From Octopus vulgaris (Eukaryota): DNA of 64,000 nt. The stretch spans positions 119,226,001 through 119,290,000 of the forward strand of contig OX597817.1 of the NCBI GenBank assembly GCA_951406725.2, read 5' to 3'. This document shows positions 1 through 13,132 of the stretch, piece after piece. Numbering within the stretch: position 1 is the stretch's first letter; the number at the start of each line of letters is the position of its first letter. Under the pieces are notes generated by a model, which made no database searches, was not told the DNA's origin, and saw only the letters and a program-made list of their open reading frames with translations. The translations under genes were made by a program, and so were the position numbers.

Positions 1-186
1 ATAAATTTCAGGGTAGCAAAATATTATTTAGAAATTTGTAGCTACGAGTGGTCTAACATGACTAAAAATACTAGTCAATATTTGCTGCCAATCAAAAGCT
101 GTGCTCGTGCAGTGAATTTGAAAAATTATAACATGTAAGCATGAGGCATGTTCTGTATTGCCTCGTATTTATATGTTAATCTTGGC

Positions 187-261
187 TTTCCTGCTGATGA
201 AAGCTTTGCCTAGCAAATTATTTTATTTGCTGAAGATAGCTTGAAACCATGGTACAGGAAA
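187..261 (+). ncRNA. Type I hammerhead ribozyme (Penelope/retrozyme-like, palindromic minimal stem III)
   Basis: Stem I TTTCCTG(187-193)/CAGGAAA(255-261); core CTGATGA(194-200); stem II AAGCT(201-205)/AGCTT(238-242) with inner AGCAAAT/ATTTGCT; GAAA(243-246); stem III within palindrome ACCATGGT; GUA cleavage triplet 252-254. All conserved core nucleotides are present. Confidence 0.85.
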
Positions 262-396
262 TAGATGGTAAATGTTTTTATTTTTCATTCCCTTTTGGAA
301 TTACCCCTAATAGTGGTTTAGATTAAAACTATTCCTTCTAGTGAGTTAGATGTTCTATTATGGCCATCTCTTATGTGTTTAAATGTACACTGTATT

Positions 397-432
<36 letters not shown>

Positions 433-490
433 GGCATGCTCCAGAATGGCTGGAGTCAAATGACTGAAAGAAGTAAAAGAATAAAAGAAT
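433..490 (+). mobile_element. 3' tail fragment of SINE family B (octopus OR-like)
   Basis: GCTCCAGAATGGCTGGAGTCAAATGACTGAAAGAAGTAAAAGAATAAAAG matches the reverse complement of 17070-17120 and 26250-26310 and the direct copy at 43595-43655. Confidence 0.7.
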
Positions 491-956
491 ATATATATAT
501 TATATATATATATATTATCTCTCTCTATCTGTGTGTGTATATATATATATATATACACATACGCATACAAAATATATTATACATATATACATATTCATAT
601 GTTTGTTCATAATTATACTGTAACTAGATACACATGAGCCTCAGAAGTCACATCTTGATTCAACTAATTGAGTCATTTATTCTCTGAGAGAGATCTGTAA
701 TTAATTTGAAATTAGTTAAGGTTTGTTCAATGTTTACATAAATAAATAAACAGAAAGTTTGAATCTCGAATACATGCATATAAAGAACATAATTGTATAT
801 TTCTCTCACACATGCATATTGGGATGGAGAGGAACTTTCCAGATCACAAACAAACATTTATACAGAGAGAGAGATAGAGAATGAGGGAATGAAGACCAAA
901 GAGAAACAAAGGCAGGAATGATAATGAAAGAGGATCATTAATAGTTTTAAAAAATC

Positions 957-1108
957 TATTCTAGTAAGCTACATGACTTACAGTAAGACAAGTAAAAGTT
1001 ATTTTTGAATATGGTGGTTGCTTGATCATAGATTTGAACCATGTATTAGCTGGCACACTGTTTCTGTGAGCAAGCACACTATTTCACACTTCAGATGAAA
1101 ATGAGTAT
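957..1108 (+). repeat. Diverged direct repeat, copy 1 (copy 2 at 3251-3407)
   Basis: Colinear shared blocks TATTCTAGTAAG, TGACTTA, GATCATAGATT, CATGTATTA, TGGCACA, TGAGCAAGCACAC, TTCAGAT, ATGAGTA. Confidence 0.75.
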
Positions 1109-1275
1109 ATGTAGAGTGGAACTCTTGCAACACAGTGAGCTAATTTACTTCTTTTTTTTTATAGATATAAGTCTTATTGCAAACTTGGTGGGATTGGGAT
1201 ATTCTTAGCATATTACATATCCAACTTTCCTATTTTTTTTCTATCTGTGTTTATGTGTGTTGGTAGTTCTGCAAA

Positions 1276-2000
1276 CATGGCAAGTAAAATACCTACATTT
1301 TCCAATACAGGTTAAGTCTAAGCAATGCTACACTCAAATAAATCTGAGAACAAAAGAGTTTTGATTGCAACAGAATATGAAAGTCTTCTTACCAGAAACT
1401 ATCAAATACATATAATGAAAGTTACTGCAAAACACGTGGAGCAGTGAAAATGCTTTCAAATCGCATTATTGGTAGTTGCTCAGTTTTAACCGAAAGTGAA
1501 TATACGTAGAATCATAACAGATTTGAAGCTTTCATTCATAGGAAATTATGCTAGTATTGTGAAATACCCCCAGACAAGAGAAGGTATGAAAACATGCTAC
1601 AAAAGTCTCAGAGCATGATAAAGAGACCATACTCTGAGACATGACAAGTCATACAAATAGGCAGATTAACATAAATCAAGCAGATGTTATAGCCAAAAAC
1701 CGTCATGAAAAGAAATACCTCCTAATCAGTGTATGCCTTTCAAAAGAAAACAATATCTAAAGAAAAGGAAGAAACTATCCAGATATAAATATCTGGAAAT
1801 AGAGATAACTAGAATGCATGGATTCAAAAACAAAAACAACCACCTTAATAATGGGAACCTATGAATTATAAAAAAAATGAATAAATAAAAAAGATATGAA
1901 CAAATATATACCAAAACTGTAGGATGTTGCATATGTGCATACAAACACATACAACGACCAGAATTATCTACTAAGCAGACACACATAGAGTATTCTTAAT
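1276..2000 (+). mobile_element. Decayed 3' part of an RLE-type (R4/Dong/NeSL-like) non-LTR retrotransposon
   Basis: Manual translation across stops and frameshifts gives LIATEYESLLTRNYQIHIMK, IIGSCSVLTESEYT*NHNRFEAFIHRKLC, TIL*DMTSHTNRQININQADVIAKNRHEKKYLLISV and KLSRYKYLEIEITRM. These are colinear with the zinc-knuckle, RHD, PD..D and K..KY motifs of restriction-like endonuclease LINEs. Confidence 0.8.
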
Positions 2001-3250
2001 ACGATAAAAAACAAAACATATCACTGCATGTAACCAAGTCACACAGTGCTGCTTTTGGTTGTGCAGTAAAAATATGTAATAAAATAAGACTGATAGAATA
2101 AATAAAGAACCATAGAAAATAAAAGTATTGATTTGAATATTAATAATTTTATAAATAACAAAGTGACTTGAATCAGAAAGACACTGATTTTGCATACACA
2201 AACATACTAGTAAATATGTGTCACACAAGCATAATTCTAATATAGATACATTCTTACACCATAACAGTATTTATAGATTTAAAGACAGAAGCTAAAAGAA
2301 TACTACTAGTATTTTAATAAGTAATTTACACATATGCTAAAACATAAAGTAAAACATAAAGCTTAATAGCAGGGGAGGATAAAAAGTGTAAAATGAATGG
2401 TGTAATGCTCATGAAAATAGTTTAACTTTTCACTGTGAAGGCAATGTTATGGTGTTATATTTCCCAATGGAGTTAATGTAGCACATTTCAAATCATATTC
2501 TTTTAAGTGATTTTTAATCATGTGTTTTTTTTTTTGTTTTTTTCATTTTAAAATAGTTTAGATGAGACAACAGAGCTGGTCAGATGCACTTGTCAAAGCA
2601 AGTATGTTATAGATGAGTTCTCATTTGAGAGTCAGTCACATTGCCAATAAAGTGTGTGTGCGTGTAGTGAGAGAGAGTGAAAAAGAGTGAGGGACAAGGG
2701 GATAGAGTTTTAGTTTACATGCATAAACATAAGAGTCATCAATTTACTCTTCTCAAAAATATTGTATGTAAATTGTACCACATACATAAAGAAAATTAGA
2801 CATTTACAATGATAGCTCTATCATGTACTCTATTTGTAAACAGTATTATTCATATTTTATTCATTTCTTTAAAAAATTAATGTACCATTTAACTTTGTAT
2901 AACCTTCAGAAACATACACAATTTAAACTTGCCTATATGAAACTGCAGTATATAATGTTATCATTGTTCAGATCCCATTTAAACTGCTCAAGACTTTTGC
3001 ATGTTGAATATTTTGTTTTAAATTTTCATCCATCATAGTAATATAAAGCTATTTGAAAATAAAAATTTGAATATATTTCCAAAAGTATTTTTTAAAAAAT
3101 GATTTAAGGAGAAACAATAGACAGAAACATATTGGGTTACTGATTTTCTTTTAGTTATATTTAGTAATCAACTTTGTTTTGTCAGTAATTGCTCTAAATC
3201 AGAAGAAGGGAGTCTCACTACCATAAGAAAAGTTTCATTAACATCAAAGT

Positions 3251-3407
3251 TATTCTAGTAAGTTGTTCTAGTGACTTATAGTAAAAGAATAATAAGTTAT
3301 CTTTAAACATGGTAACTGTTAGATCATAGATTCAAGTCATGTATTAAGTGGCACATTATTTATTTGAGCAAGCACACCATTTCCCATTTCAGATTAAGAT
3401 GAGTACA
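3251..3407 (+). repeat. Diverged direct repeat, copy 2 (copy 1 at 957-1108)
   Basis: Same colinear blocks as 957-1108. Confidence 0.75.
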
Positions 3408-4018
3408 AGAGGCAGTTGGAAACCAATTTAAAACTAATTAGTGACTAAGTTTCTAAAAATCTATATCATAAAAATGGTTAAAGCCTCAGTAGAAATTTCA
3501 TATTTATGAGTTTAGAAAATTAAAGAATTATTATTTTTCACAGTGCACATTATTATCCCACAAGTTCTTATGTATCAGCAATTAACCCCTAGTACAAAAA
3601 TGATTTCCACCCTTGTTCTAAATTAAATACAAATTGACCTGTTGTCTAAAGATTAATAAAAGTATTATAATTTGATTCTGTTACATTAAGTTATTAAAAA
3701 ACATATACGAAGACAAATTCAATTTCTTAAGACTTAGGAAGGAAGAGAGAAAGTGATATAGCGTTAAAGATAATAACTGAAAACAGATAAAGAAGAGATA
3801 CATAATGCATCAAGAACAGTTGGAATGCTACCAGCAAGAACTCAGACAGAGAGTAGGATATTAATAGTAGGAGACATATATATGTTGGACCAAAAGAAAG
3901 CAAACCAATTAACTTGACAGTCTCTGTCTGGATAGGGTCATAAGATGCAGTGTAGTTGAACAGTTGTTTAAGCCATTTGAACCATGACTTTCACTTGAAT
4001 ATATGTGTAGTGTGTATG

Positions 4019-4023
<5 letters not shown>

Positions 4024-4067
<44 letters not shown>

Positions 4068-4070
4068 CAT

Positions 4071-4129
<59 letters not shown>

Positions 4130-4138
4130 CACACACAC
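4024..4138. repeat. (TA)n/(CA)n microsatellite
   Basis: Directly visible dinucleotide runs. Confidence 0.95.
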
Positions 4139-6460
4139 AAAAGAAGGATAGTTTATTACATTGCAAAGGAGAAAGTTGAAAAACCTTTATATATCTAATG
4201 CACAAAGGCCCATACATACATACTATTACGTGTACATATATACACACACCTCCTACGCACACATGCACACACACACATACATACATCTTCACATACACAA
4301 CTCTTAGGGGGCTAATTAAACTGAATTAAACTAAATTGCTTATTGATTGTTGATATGAACCTAGGAAACATAAGCAGTAAAAGTTGCTTTTCTCTTTGAA
4401 ATTTTGTAAAGAATTTGCTAAATGAAACAACATACACACATACATACACATGCACACACATACATACACATGCACACACAAACACAGCAATAGTATTATA
4501 TTAACGTCTCTTGGCACCCCATTATGGTGTTTAGCTTTCAAAGCATTAGTAACCTAATACAAATAGCATCTTAAGTAGATACAGCTTAGTATTAGTTTCC
4601 ATCCATTGAAACAAGGTTTTAAAACTCATTAAACAAAATGAAACATCTCTAACAAAACAAATGAGAATCAAAATAAAACACAGTTTAATGTTTTAACTCC
4701 TAAAATTTGAACAGGAATCAAAACACTGATGTACATTTTTCATGTTATAGATGTTCAATAGGTCTACAGAGAAAATCTGCCAATGTTTTAGGAGAAAATG
4801 CTTTACAGGTGGCTAGTTTCTCTCATTCTAGCTACTTAATAATGGCTTCTAACATAATGCTGAAAACTTCAAATACAGATATGCAATGAGAAGGTGTGAT
4901 TAACATACTTTCCAAAGTGTATTTGCAAAATAATTTACAGAATTCTGGAACATGATTAAAAACCAAGTCTCAGGCGCAGTTCTTTAGAAATGAATTACAG
5001 TGTTTTGGTATTCACCATAATAATTACATTATATTGAAGTAAAACTTATACAAAAGTTTTGGTTAAGACATACAGAATAATGCAAATTCATGACAGGTAT
5101 AATGCAACACCTGATATGAAATTAGAATTTAGACTCAATTTGCTTTATTACCACAAAATAGCAACCTCTTAGAGATTTTTCCTATCAAATAAAAAGAGAT
5201 AGATATTGCTAACATATTTACTTTGTCTTATAATAAACACAGATTTCATAAAATGAAATAATAAATCCAGAGATAATCTGGATTTAGTCCACAGCAACAC
5301 AAGAAGTGATATCAAGGTAATTAATTTTCAACTAAGACACACAAAGCAATGAAAACAATAAACAAAGTACAAAGACACTGTAATTAACATTGTAATTAAC
5401 AAGGCTTTTTGTGTTATTCTGTTTTTTTCCATTCATTTCTATTTCCTACTGTTTTGATGAAGAATCCTCTCCAAAACGTTATCTTCCTTTCCCATCCACA
5501 AATCTAATTACAATGACCACTTTTTATCATTGTTGTTGCTTTGTCTTCATCATGTATTTATTTAATTATTTGTACATTACTTGGATAATAATTTTTGCAA
5601 TATCAATTAGCATACATAATTTTGATTGCTGCTAAATATCTGATTTACTAACTTGAAAAAACTTACTACATCTCCAACACTTGAACACCAATGCATTGTG
5701 TTTTACACAAAAATTTTCAGCAGGTTATTTCCTAGCAGTTTTGTTTCTTAAGGAATTTACAACCTGTGGCAACTAAACATAGGATATCAACATTTATTGT
5801 TAGTTGAGTTAATTCGTTATCAGGAAGGGAAAGTTATCAAAATGATAGAAGGTGTTTTTTTATTGCTTTTCTGCAATATTTGTTTTTATCTCTGTAACTG
5901 CTGGAAATAAACAATATTTGTTTTTGCTTCCTATCTTTACAACAAATAAAGTAAAGTTTCATCTGAACCCCTAGAGTATCAACAGCAAACAGTATCATTA
6001 ACAAAATCTTATCTCTTACATATATTTGTATTTCATTCCAATTGTGAATTCATTTTTTTTTTATTTCAATTCTATTTTACTTGTGCGCACATATGTATAT
6101 GTATGTGTGTTTGCATGTGTGCGTTCATGTGCATATGTGTGTGTGTGTATGTGTGTGCCTTTTATAAAATAGCTTCTCTCATATTGTTTTTTTTTATGCA
6201 AAGTCTCTAAATTGGCACTTAACATGTACAGAAATAAACAATACACATGTGCACAAAGGCATCAAATAACTTCATGCTTCTACAACTAAATGCCACATGA
6301 ATTGGTTAACCAGAGATACAATTTCAAAAGACAACCTAAGTTATAGCCTGGATTTTGTATCAAGTTTCAAGTCAGTAAACCATTAATATAAAATTACTGA
6401 ACAATTAACCACAATGTCATTGTTTCAAGAGTTACTCTTGTTGTAGGTTTACTTTAAAAA

Positions 6461-6493
<33 letters not shown>

Positions 6494-6714
6494 CCAATGT
6501 TTTATCATTTCTTTTCATCCTGCATTTTCTCATGGTCTTTCCTAGATCAGTTTGAATTCAAATTTTTCTAGTACAAATCCTAAAATTCAACAGCACTGGC
6601 AGGACCAACAGCTAATTTATGTCTAAAGCAATAAAACAAGGATGTGTTTAAGTATGTCTATTGACTTTTTATACATGTTAGGCCACTGGTATTGAAATTT
6701 CTAAAGAAAAACTC

Positions 6715-7060
6715 ACTACCCTATCTCCACAACTCTCTGAACTCCTCAGACCACCATCAATTCATTGATCATATTTTCTACTGCATTGAGAACCTAATTC
6801 ACTTCTCCTCCCAGTAAAGTCATCATTGTGCATGCATGCACTCACACACACACAGTAACATAGCTATTGCAGAACCTGAATCCTTTGCTATTCTCAACTC
6901 TTTACATCAAATTGTTTCCTCTTCATGCATTCTAAACTGACACAAACACTCCAAATACTTATGGTCTTTTTCTTACATCAAAATTTCATCTCTATTTAGC
7001 CATGAATGTTTCTGCACTGGGCCACACAACCACTACCTTGTCACGACTACTCAACATGCA
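6715..7060 (+). mobile_element. Highly decayed APE-endonuclease region of a CR1/Jockey-group LINE
   Basis: C-rich block translating to NSLNSSDHHQFIDHIFYCIENL, AEPESFAILNSLHQIVSS and PNTYGLFLTS. These resemble the YRSPN, L.QII..PTR and LDLFLT motifs of LINE APE domains. Confidence 0.5.
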
Positions 7061-9060
7061 ATCACATAATATGTAACATCCCCTTCCTTTCAAACCCTAC
7101 TGCATTTCAGGTCAGGTCAACTTGTTGAAGCTTGAGTAGTTTTATGTGGCATATACCAGGAAGCAATTGTACTTAACTCCCGTAAGACCCCTATCTGGGG
7201 TGCAAAGGATGCTTTCATATATTACATGATTCTCAAGCTTTCCTGCTCTTAAAGTACATGGCATGACCCTTCGTTTTCCCCAACCAAGCACCATTTACAC
7301 ACAACCTAGACACAACACACTAAACCAACATTAACTTCACAAACAAAATTTTTAGAGCAACCTTTAGTAGAGCCATACCCGTCTTTCTCAAGAGCCAAAT
7401 AGAAAACTCCTTAAATGCTACTCATATCAAAAAAACACTACACTAATCATCAGTGGCACACATCTAAAGATTTCACAGTCACTCCAAATGTGTGAGCCCT
7501 CAGATCCTGTCAAACAATGTAACCCATGCCAGCATGGAAAACAGTTAAATGCTGATGATAAATATCTAACAGAATTAAATGGAATTATATTGTATAGACT
7601 TCACGAAATGCATTATATATGTAGTAATTAAATAAAATTATATTTTATACATGCAGCCAAATACATTTTACTTATATACATGTACGTATGTGATTTTTAA
7701 AGCTGCCAAATGGGGGGGAAGGGGGAAGCACATAGGAAAATGTATTTGAAATCTGTTTGTTCTGGGGAAGATCTTTTAATCATTTGTGATAAAATTTCCA
7801 GACTTTGGACTGGCAAATAATAATATATAATTTGATATAATGTTATGTAATTTTTAACAAATTTATTGAAAGAACAAATATGCAAGTTAACATTGGATTA
7901 TCTTTTTGGCAAACACAAGAACTGATACTGCTTGTAGGCATAATTATTTGGACAGATAAGTGGTTTTCTTAATGTGTGTGCTCTGCTTTTTTGAAGAAAA
8001 TCTTTCTGAAATATAAAATATCAATAATCCACTCAAAGCTTTTAACATCATTTATTGTTATTTATTTTCACTCACTTTTTAGAAAAGCTTCCATTTATTT
8101 TCTAAATAAGAGAAGTGTGAAGACTGCTTGAAAAAAAAGATGCCAGCCCTTTACTCTTAGACACTGTTTTCTTGAGATATTTCTTGCTGTTTGTGTTTTA
8201 TGTAAGCAAGGAAAGAAAACATGTAACTTGCTTAAAAGTGGCTACCTGCCTATTTCTACATTTAAAATAGTTCATCAAATCTTCACTCATTTTATAGCCT
8301 TCTTTGTATCTTCTTGTAAAAAGTATTGAAATTATGAAACAAATGAATCAAATTTATATAAACTACTTGCAGTTGAAACATGTTATTTCACTAGTAATCC
8401 CAATGTTAAAAATGAAAAAAACAGAAAAAAACTTTACAAATTAATTTGAATTTTGTACATAGATTATTTAATTTTAGACTTTAATATTAGGTTGAAAGGT
8501 GCAAAATATATGTAAAACAGCACTTAAGTTTTCTGATGTAGAATCATTCATTGAATCAGTTTACCTAATTGCTGTTAATTCTCTTTCTGTACTGATTTAG
8601 TTTGGAAAGAAAATGTCATAATGAATTTACTTAGCTGTCTAAAACTTTATCAGAGCAAACAGTAGTCCTGAAAATATGTTATGAGACAGATTAAAAATAT
8701 AACTAAAGACAAAGGAAAAATAAATCACTAAAAGGGTATATAACCACTCAATATAATTTTCTAAATGTATCTATATCTAATGGTAAAAATGTGTATCTCT
8801 GACATTTCGCTTTATACAAATAAATGAATGATGCAAAAGCAGTGCAAATGGTTATCAACAGTGCAGGTAAATATGTGTTCAAAAGTGTCTGACTCAAACC
8901 ATAAAGGATCTTATCTTGACTTCCTTATCAGTCAAGAGGAATATATGTAGAACTAATAAAGAGATTTTGGAATTTGTGAATTGAAAGATGAAATCTACAT
9001 TTGAACTTTACTTCTCCATTGAATCATCCAAATTAACTTCATTTAACTGAATATTCATAC

Positions 9061-9294
9061 CTATTTCTTTACTACCCACAAGGGGAAAAACACAGAGAGG
9101 ACAAACAAGGACAGACAAATGGATTAAGTTGATTACATCGACCCCAGTGCGTAACTGGTTCTTAATTTATCGACCCTGAAAGGATGAAAGGCAAAGTCGA
9201 CCTCAGAAGAATTTGAACCCAGAATGTACCGGCAGATGAAATACCACTGAGCATTTCGCCCAGTGTGCTAACATTGCTGCCAGTTCACCACCTT
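9061..9294 (-). mobile_element. Full-length tRNA-derived SINE, family A, with target-site duplication
   Basis: Minus strand has an A-box-like TGGCAGCAATGTTAG, B-box GGTTCAAATTC and central GTCGACTTTGCCTTTCATCC. It is flanked by the direct repeat TGAATATTCATACCTA (9048-9063 and 9295-9310), with a close copy at 34328-34533. Confidence 0.9.
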
Positions 9295-9667
9295 TGAATA
9301 TTCATACCTAATAAGGAAAACAATAGTATTGTAATAAAAATCAGATTAGAATTATCTTCTCTTTCTTTATTCCAATATATTTGCTATAATGAATATAATT
9401 AATTTTAAAAATTTGTTAATTAATTCCTTAAGTAATAAATACTTGGCATATTAAATGGGAATAAGTAAAGGAAAGTGTAAACCACACTATAGTTTTATAT
9501 ATTTTTAAAATTCTAAGTTTCAATTTATGAACATTAACCTTACAAATTCCCAGTAGACCAAGCACTAGTTCACTGCATTTACTGAATTTCTGACAGTGAA
9601 GGTGTCAAAGATGTATCAAATCTGATAACAGAAACTTCAGTCACATACCAATTATTTTGCAATAAAT

Positions 9668-9700
<33 letters not shown>

Positions 9701-9780
9701 CACACATATGATGGGCTTTTACACAGGCACAGGCTTTATTTACAAAATAACACTCGTAATGAATTTCCCAACCAGACTCA

Positions 9781-9941
9781 TGGAGTGGTTGGTATTTGGA
9801 AGGGCATCCAGCTGTAGAAACACTGCCAGATCAGACTGGAGCATGGTGCAGCCTCCTGGCTTCCCAGACCCCGGTCAAACCATCCAACCTATGCTAGCAT
9901 GGAAAACGGACATTAAAACGATGATGATGATGATGATGATG
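9781..9941 (+). mobile_element. Retroposon 3' end with (GAT)n tail (family D), nested in a decayed family B SINE (~9710-10030)
   Basis: GGAAGGGCATCCAGC...CATGGAAAACGGACATTAAAAC(GAT)n. Related pieces at ~7495-7560, 18660-18790, 26517-26562(-) and 58926-59100(-). Confidence 0.75.
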
Positions 9942-12938
9942 AAGCTATGGTGTTGTGTCATGCAGTGTGATCAAATCTGAAACTGTGGATCTGCAGTTGT
10001 GAAGCAATCTCTTTAACCACATAGCCATACCTCGTACACAGCTATAAACTATATTCTACTAATATCACATGATAAACGTACCCCTTGGATGCCAGTCAAA
10101 GAACAAGATCAATAATTTATATGCTAAGCCTTTATCACAAGGATTTTATGAGTCATAAAAGTTTAGCATACAGGTACCACGTGGAAATGAATTGCTCTGT
10201 GCAAGATTTCAATCAGTTACCTACATCATTTATTACTACAATCAATTTGCTAATCTGATTCTATCAAAGTACCAATGTAATTTTGTTAGCTTAAGAATAA
10301 AATTTTGATACCATAAATACAATTTGCTTGCTAGCTTAATTATACATACACACAAATAATGTTATGTTCACAAATACATATTCATGAAGATGATAACATA
10401 TACTATATATCAATATGCTTTTATGAATATACTACAGATAAAGAGACACAGATGAACAGACATAGGCACAGATGGATACAAAGGTATTAAAAGTAACCAA
10501 CAAATAACTAGAATGGGAAATAAATAGGCAGACACTTTAAACAGTTGGATATATTAATATCATTGCTATTATTTGACTGCCTGCAAACTAGATTTCCTTA
10601 ACAGGCAATGCAGTGAATTGCAATAGATGAAAATTGAACTTCTATCATGTGTATTAATTCTTCATTATATTCAATTGCAGAAAGGTAAGTAAGTAGACAG
10701 TAGAAAGAAAAAAATATATACAAGAAGCGTTAGCAAGGTGGTCTCAGGAATGGGAGGTATATTGTTTTGAAAGTAAGGAAGAAAGTGTAGAAAGAAATAA
10801 TCATAGCAACAAAATCAAGGAAAATGAAAACATAACAACGGCATTGACAACAATAACAATAATCATTGTGCTGATGTTATTCTGTGCCCAGAATGCATGG
10901 GATTCAGACAGATGCTGCACGACAGACACTGTACACTATTATGTAGATCAAGTTATTGCTAGATGCTCTTTCTTAACTCAGCCTGAACAGAATCTTGAAT
11001 GTATTCAACATGTTTTCCAATAGTGCTAGATAGAAATTTACAGCTTCTTTCCTTCTAGGTAATAGGTTGTTTCTGTCATTCTACAGCTGTACAATGATTC
11101 TTTTTTCTTGGGAAAGACACAGCTGTGTGAAAAATCTAACCTGATTTTTACTAATTGATTTGTTCATTTATTTTTCTTAGTCTGCTAAAACTCTTCTTTT
11201 TGCTTTTATTATTATCCGACTGCCTGTCTGTCACACACACATCCATAAAAACATTTTCCCAAATATATCTATCTATATGGATTTAGAAATGTTTATATAA
11301 AGCAAGTCAATGCTTATATGCATGTACAAAGAAACCACAAAGACTGTTCACATGACAGTATCTGAAGATCTGCTTCCCTCAACTAATCTGAGTAAATGTG
11401 TACAAAGATACACCTAGTTACATATAATAAATAAATAATTCACCTATAGTCAGCATATATGAAAGGTATATTTTAAAATATTTATCAATAATTTTGCACA
11501 TGCATATGTGTGTGCGTGCATGTATGTGTGTGTGTGCATGTGTGTGTGTGTGTGAGTATGTGTGTAAGAACATACATGTACATTTGCTTGTGTGTTCTTA
11601 CATATTTGAGTGCATGTTAAATTTATTCCTTCAAGCACTTCTCAGTGTATTTCCCCACTGTGTTCCATAAAACATCTAGATATTGAGTATTCTTAATTAT
11701 ACCAAAGCTAATTATGTGAGTATGTAAGCACATGTATATGAATGTGAATCATATATTGCTTGTGAATAAAGTAAGAAAATTAACTTCAAAATACCATTAG
11801 GTTCACAGCAAGCAGCATAGTTACAACATTGCAGAGAATATGAGAAGTAATAAAGAGAGGGAAAAATAGAAAAAGTTAATTCAAAAATTTGGAGAGAATC
11901 TTGTGAATGCAAATTATTATTACACGTTAGAGTTAGTATATTGAAGATAACATAAATCGGTGTTAAATTCATTTTCTTATCATAATATTTTATTCTCTTT
12001 CAGGTATTATAGATTCACAAGTAAAAAGAAAAAAGCAACAGCCAGTAAGAAAGTGTTATGATGTATTTTAATCAAAATATGAAGATGTGTTTCTAAACTC
12101 ACAGCTGTTGTTACTACAGTCATTGCTACTATCTTTATAGTTATCATTACTAAGGTCAGCATCGTAGGTATGGCGTTAGAATACAAGTCAAAGCTTAATA
12201 ATTCAAACTTAAATTGTTGACATTGCAAAGATTACGTAATTTTCTTCAACTCTGCTGAAAGTAGGCACTGCTTAACATTTTTGGGCTGAATGCTTTGCAT
12301 TACGAAATACCTCAAATTATATTCTTTCTAGGGGGATTTAGTCAAGTAACTGACTTCACAGTACAAACCAGTCTATACTAAAATGGAAATACAAAGAAAG
12401 CATGAAGATAGTATGTTCTTTGATAGCTGCCTTGTCTTAAATGGAAATAAGAAAAAAAAATTGTTTTTGGATCATAAATATTTCTAAATGAGTGCAAATC
12501 TACTTTTAAAAGGCATAAAGCATGAAAAGATTTTCATAAAGCTGCCTTAACAATTTTTCCATTTCACTTTGCTAAACTGAAAACTTTCAGGCCTCAAATA
12601 AAACTGGAACTAACATTGGTTTTATTGGACCGGAATAAAATTCTTAATTAAGTATTCAGCTTTTCCTCAGTTATTATTCTATTTAGGAATTTTTTTTTAT
12701 TTATTTGTAGCCTGTAGCAGTCACTTTCATTTTCGCAAAAGCCTGAAGAGATTAATTTCGAAATGAGTTCAATTTTTGTTTTTATACTTTTGTGAACACC
12801 AGAAAGTTCCAGCAGAAAATCCTTGTCCTTTAATATTCATTTTAAGAACATTTCCTATAGACTCTAAAATAACAGAAAAAGCTGATTTAGAAACTATCAA
12901 GACAAATGTGCAAAACTTTTGGCAGTGATATAGTGGAT

Positions 12939-13132
12939 GATTTAGATTTAAAATCTCCGAATATAAACAATAAATATTTCAATATAAGAGAGACTAATTC
13001 GTATGAGATTTAGATTAAAAATCGGTGAATGTTAAATAATATATATTTCAATATGATGAAAGACCAGTTGCATTACTTTAGATTAATGTTTCATTGCTAC
13101 ATATATAACCATTGCTACATATATCACCATTG
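12939..13132. repeat. Local tandem duplications (~69-bp unit x2, then 18-bp unit x2)
   Basis: GATTTAGATT.AAAATC...ATATTTCAATAT occurs twice; CATTGCTACATATAT occurs twice. Confidence 0.7.
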
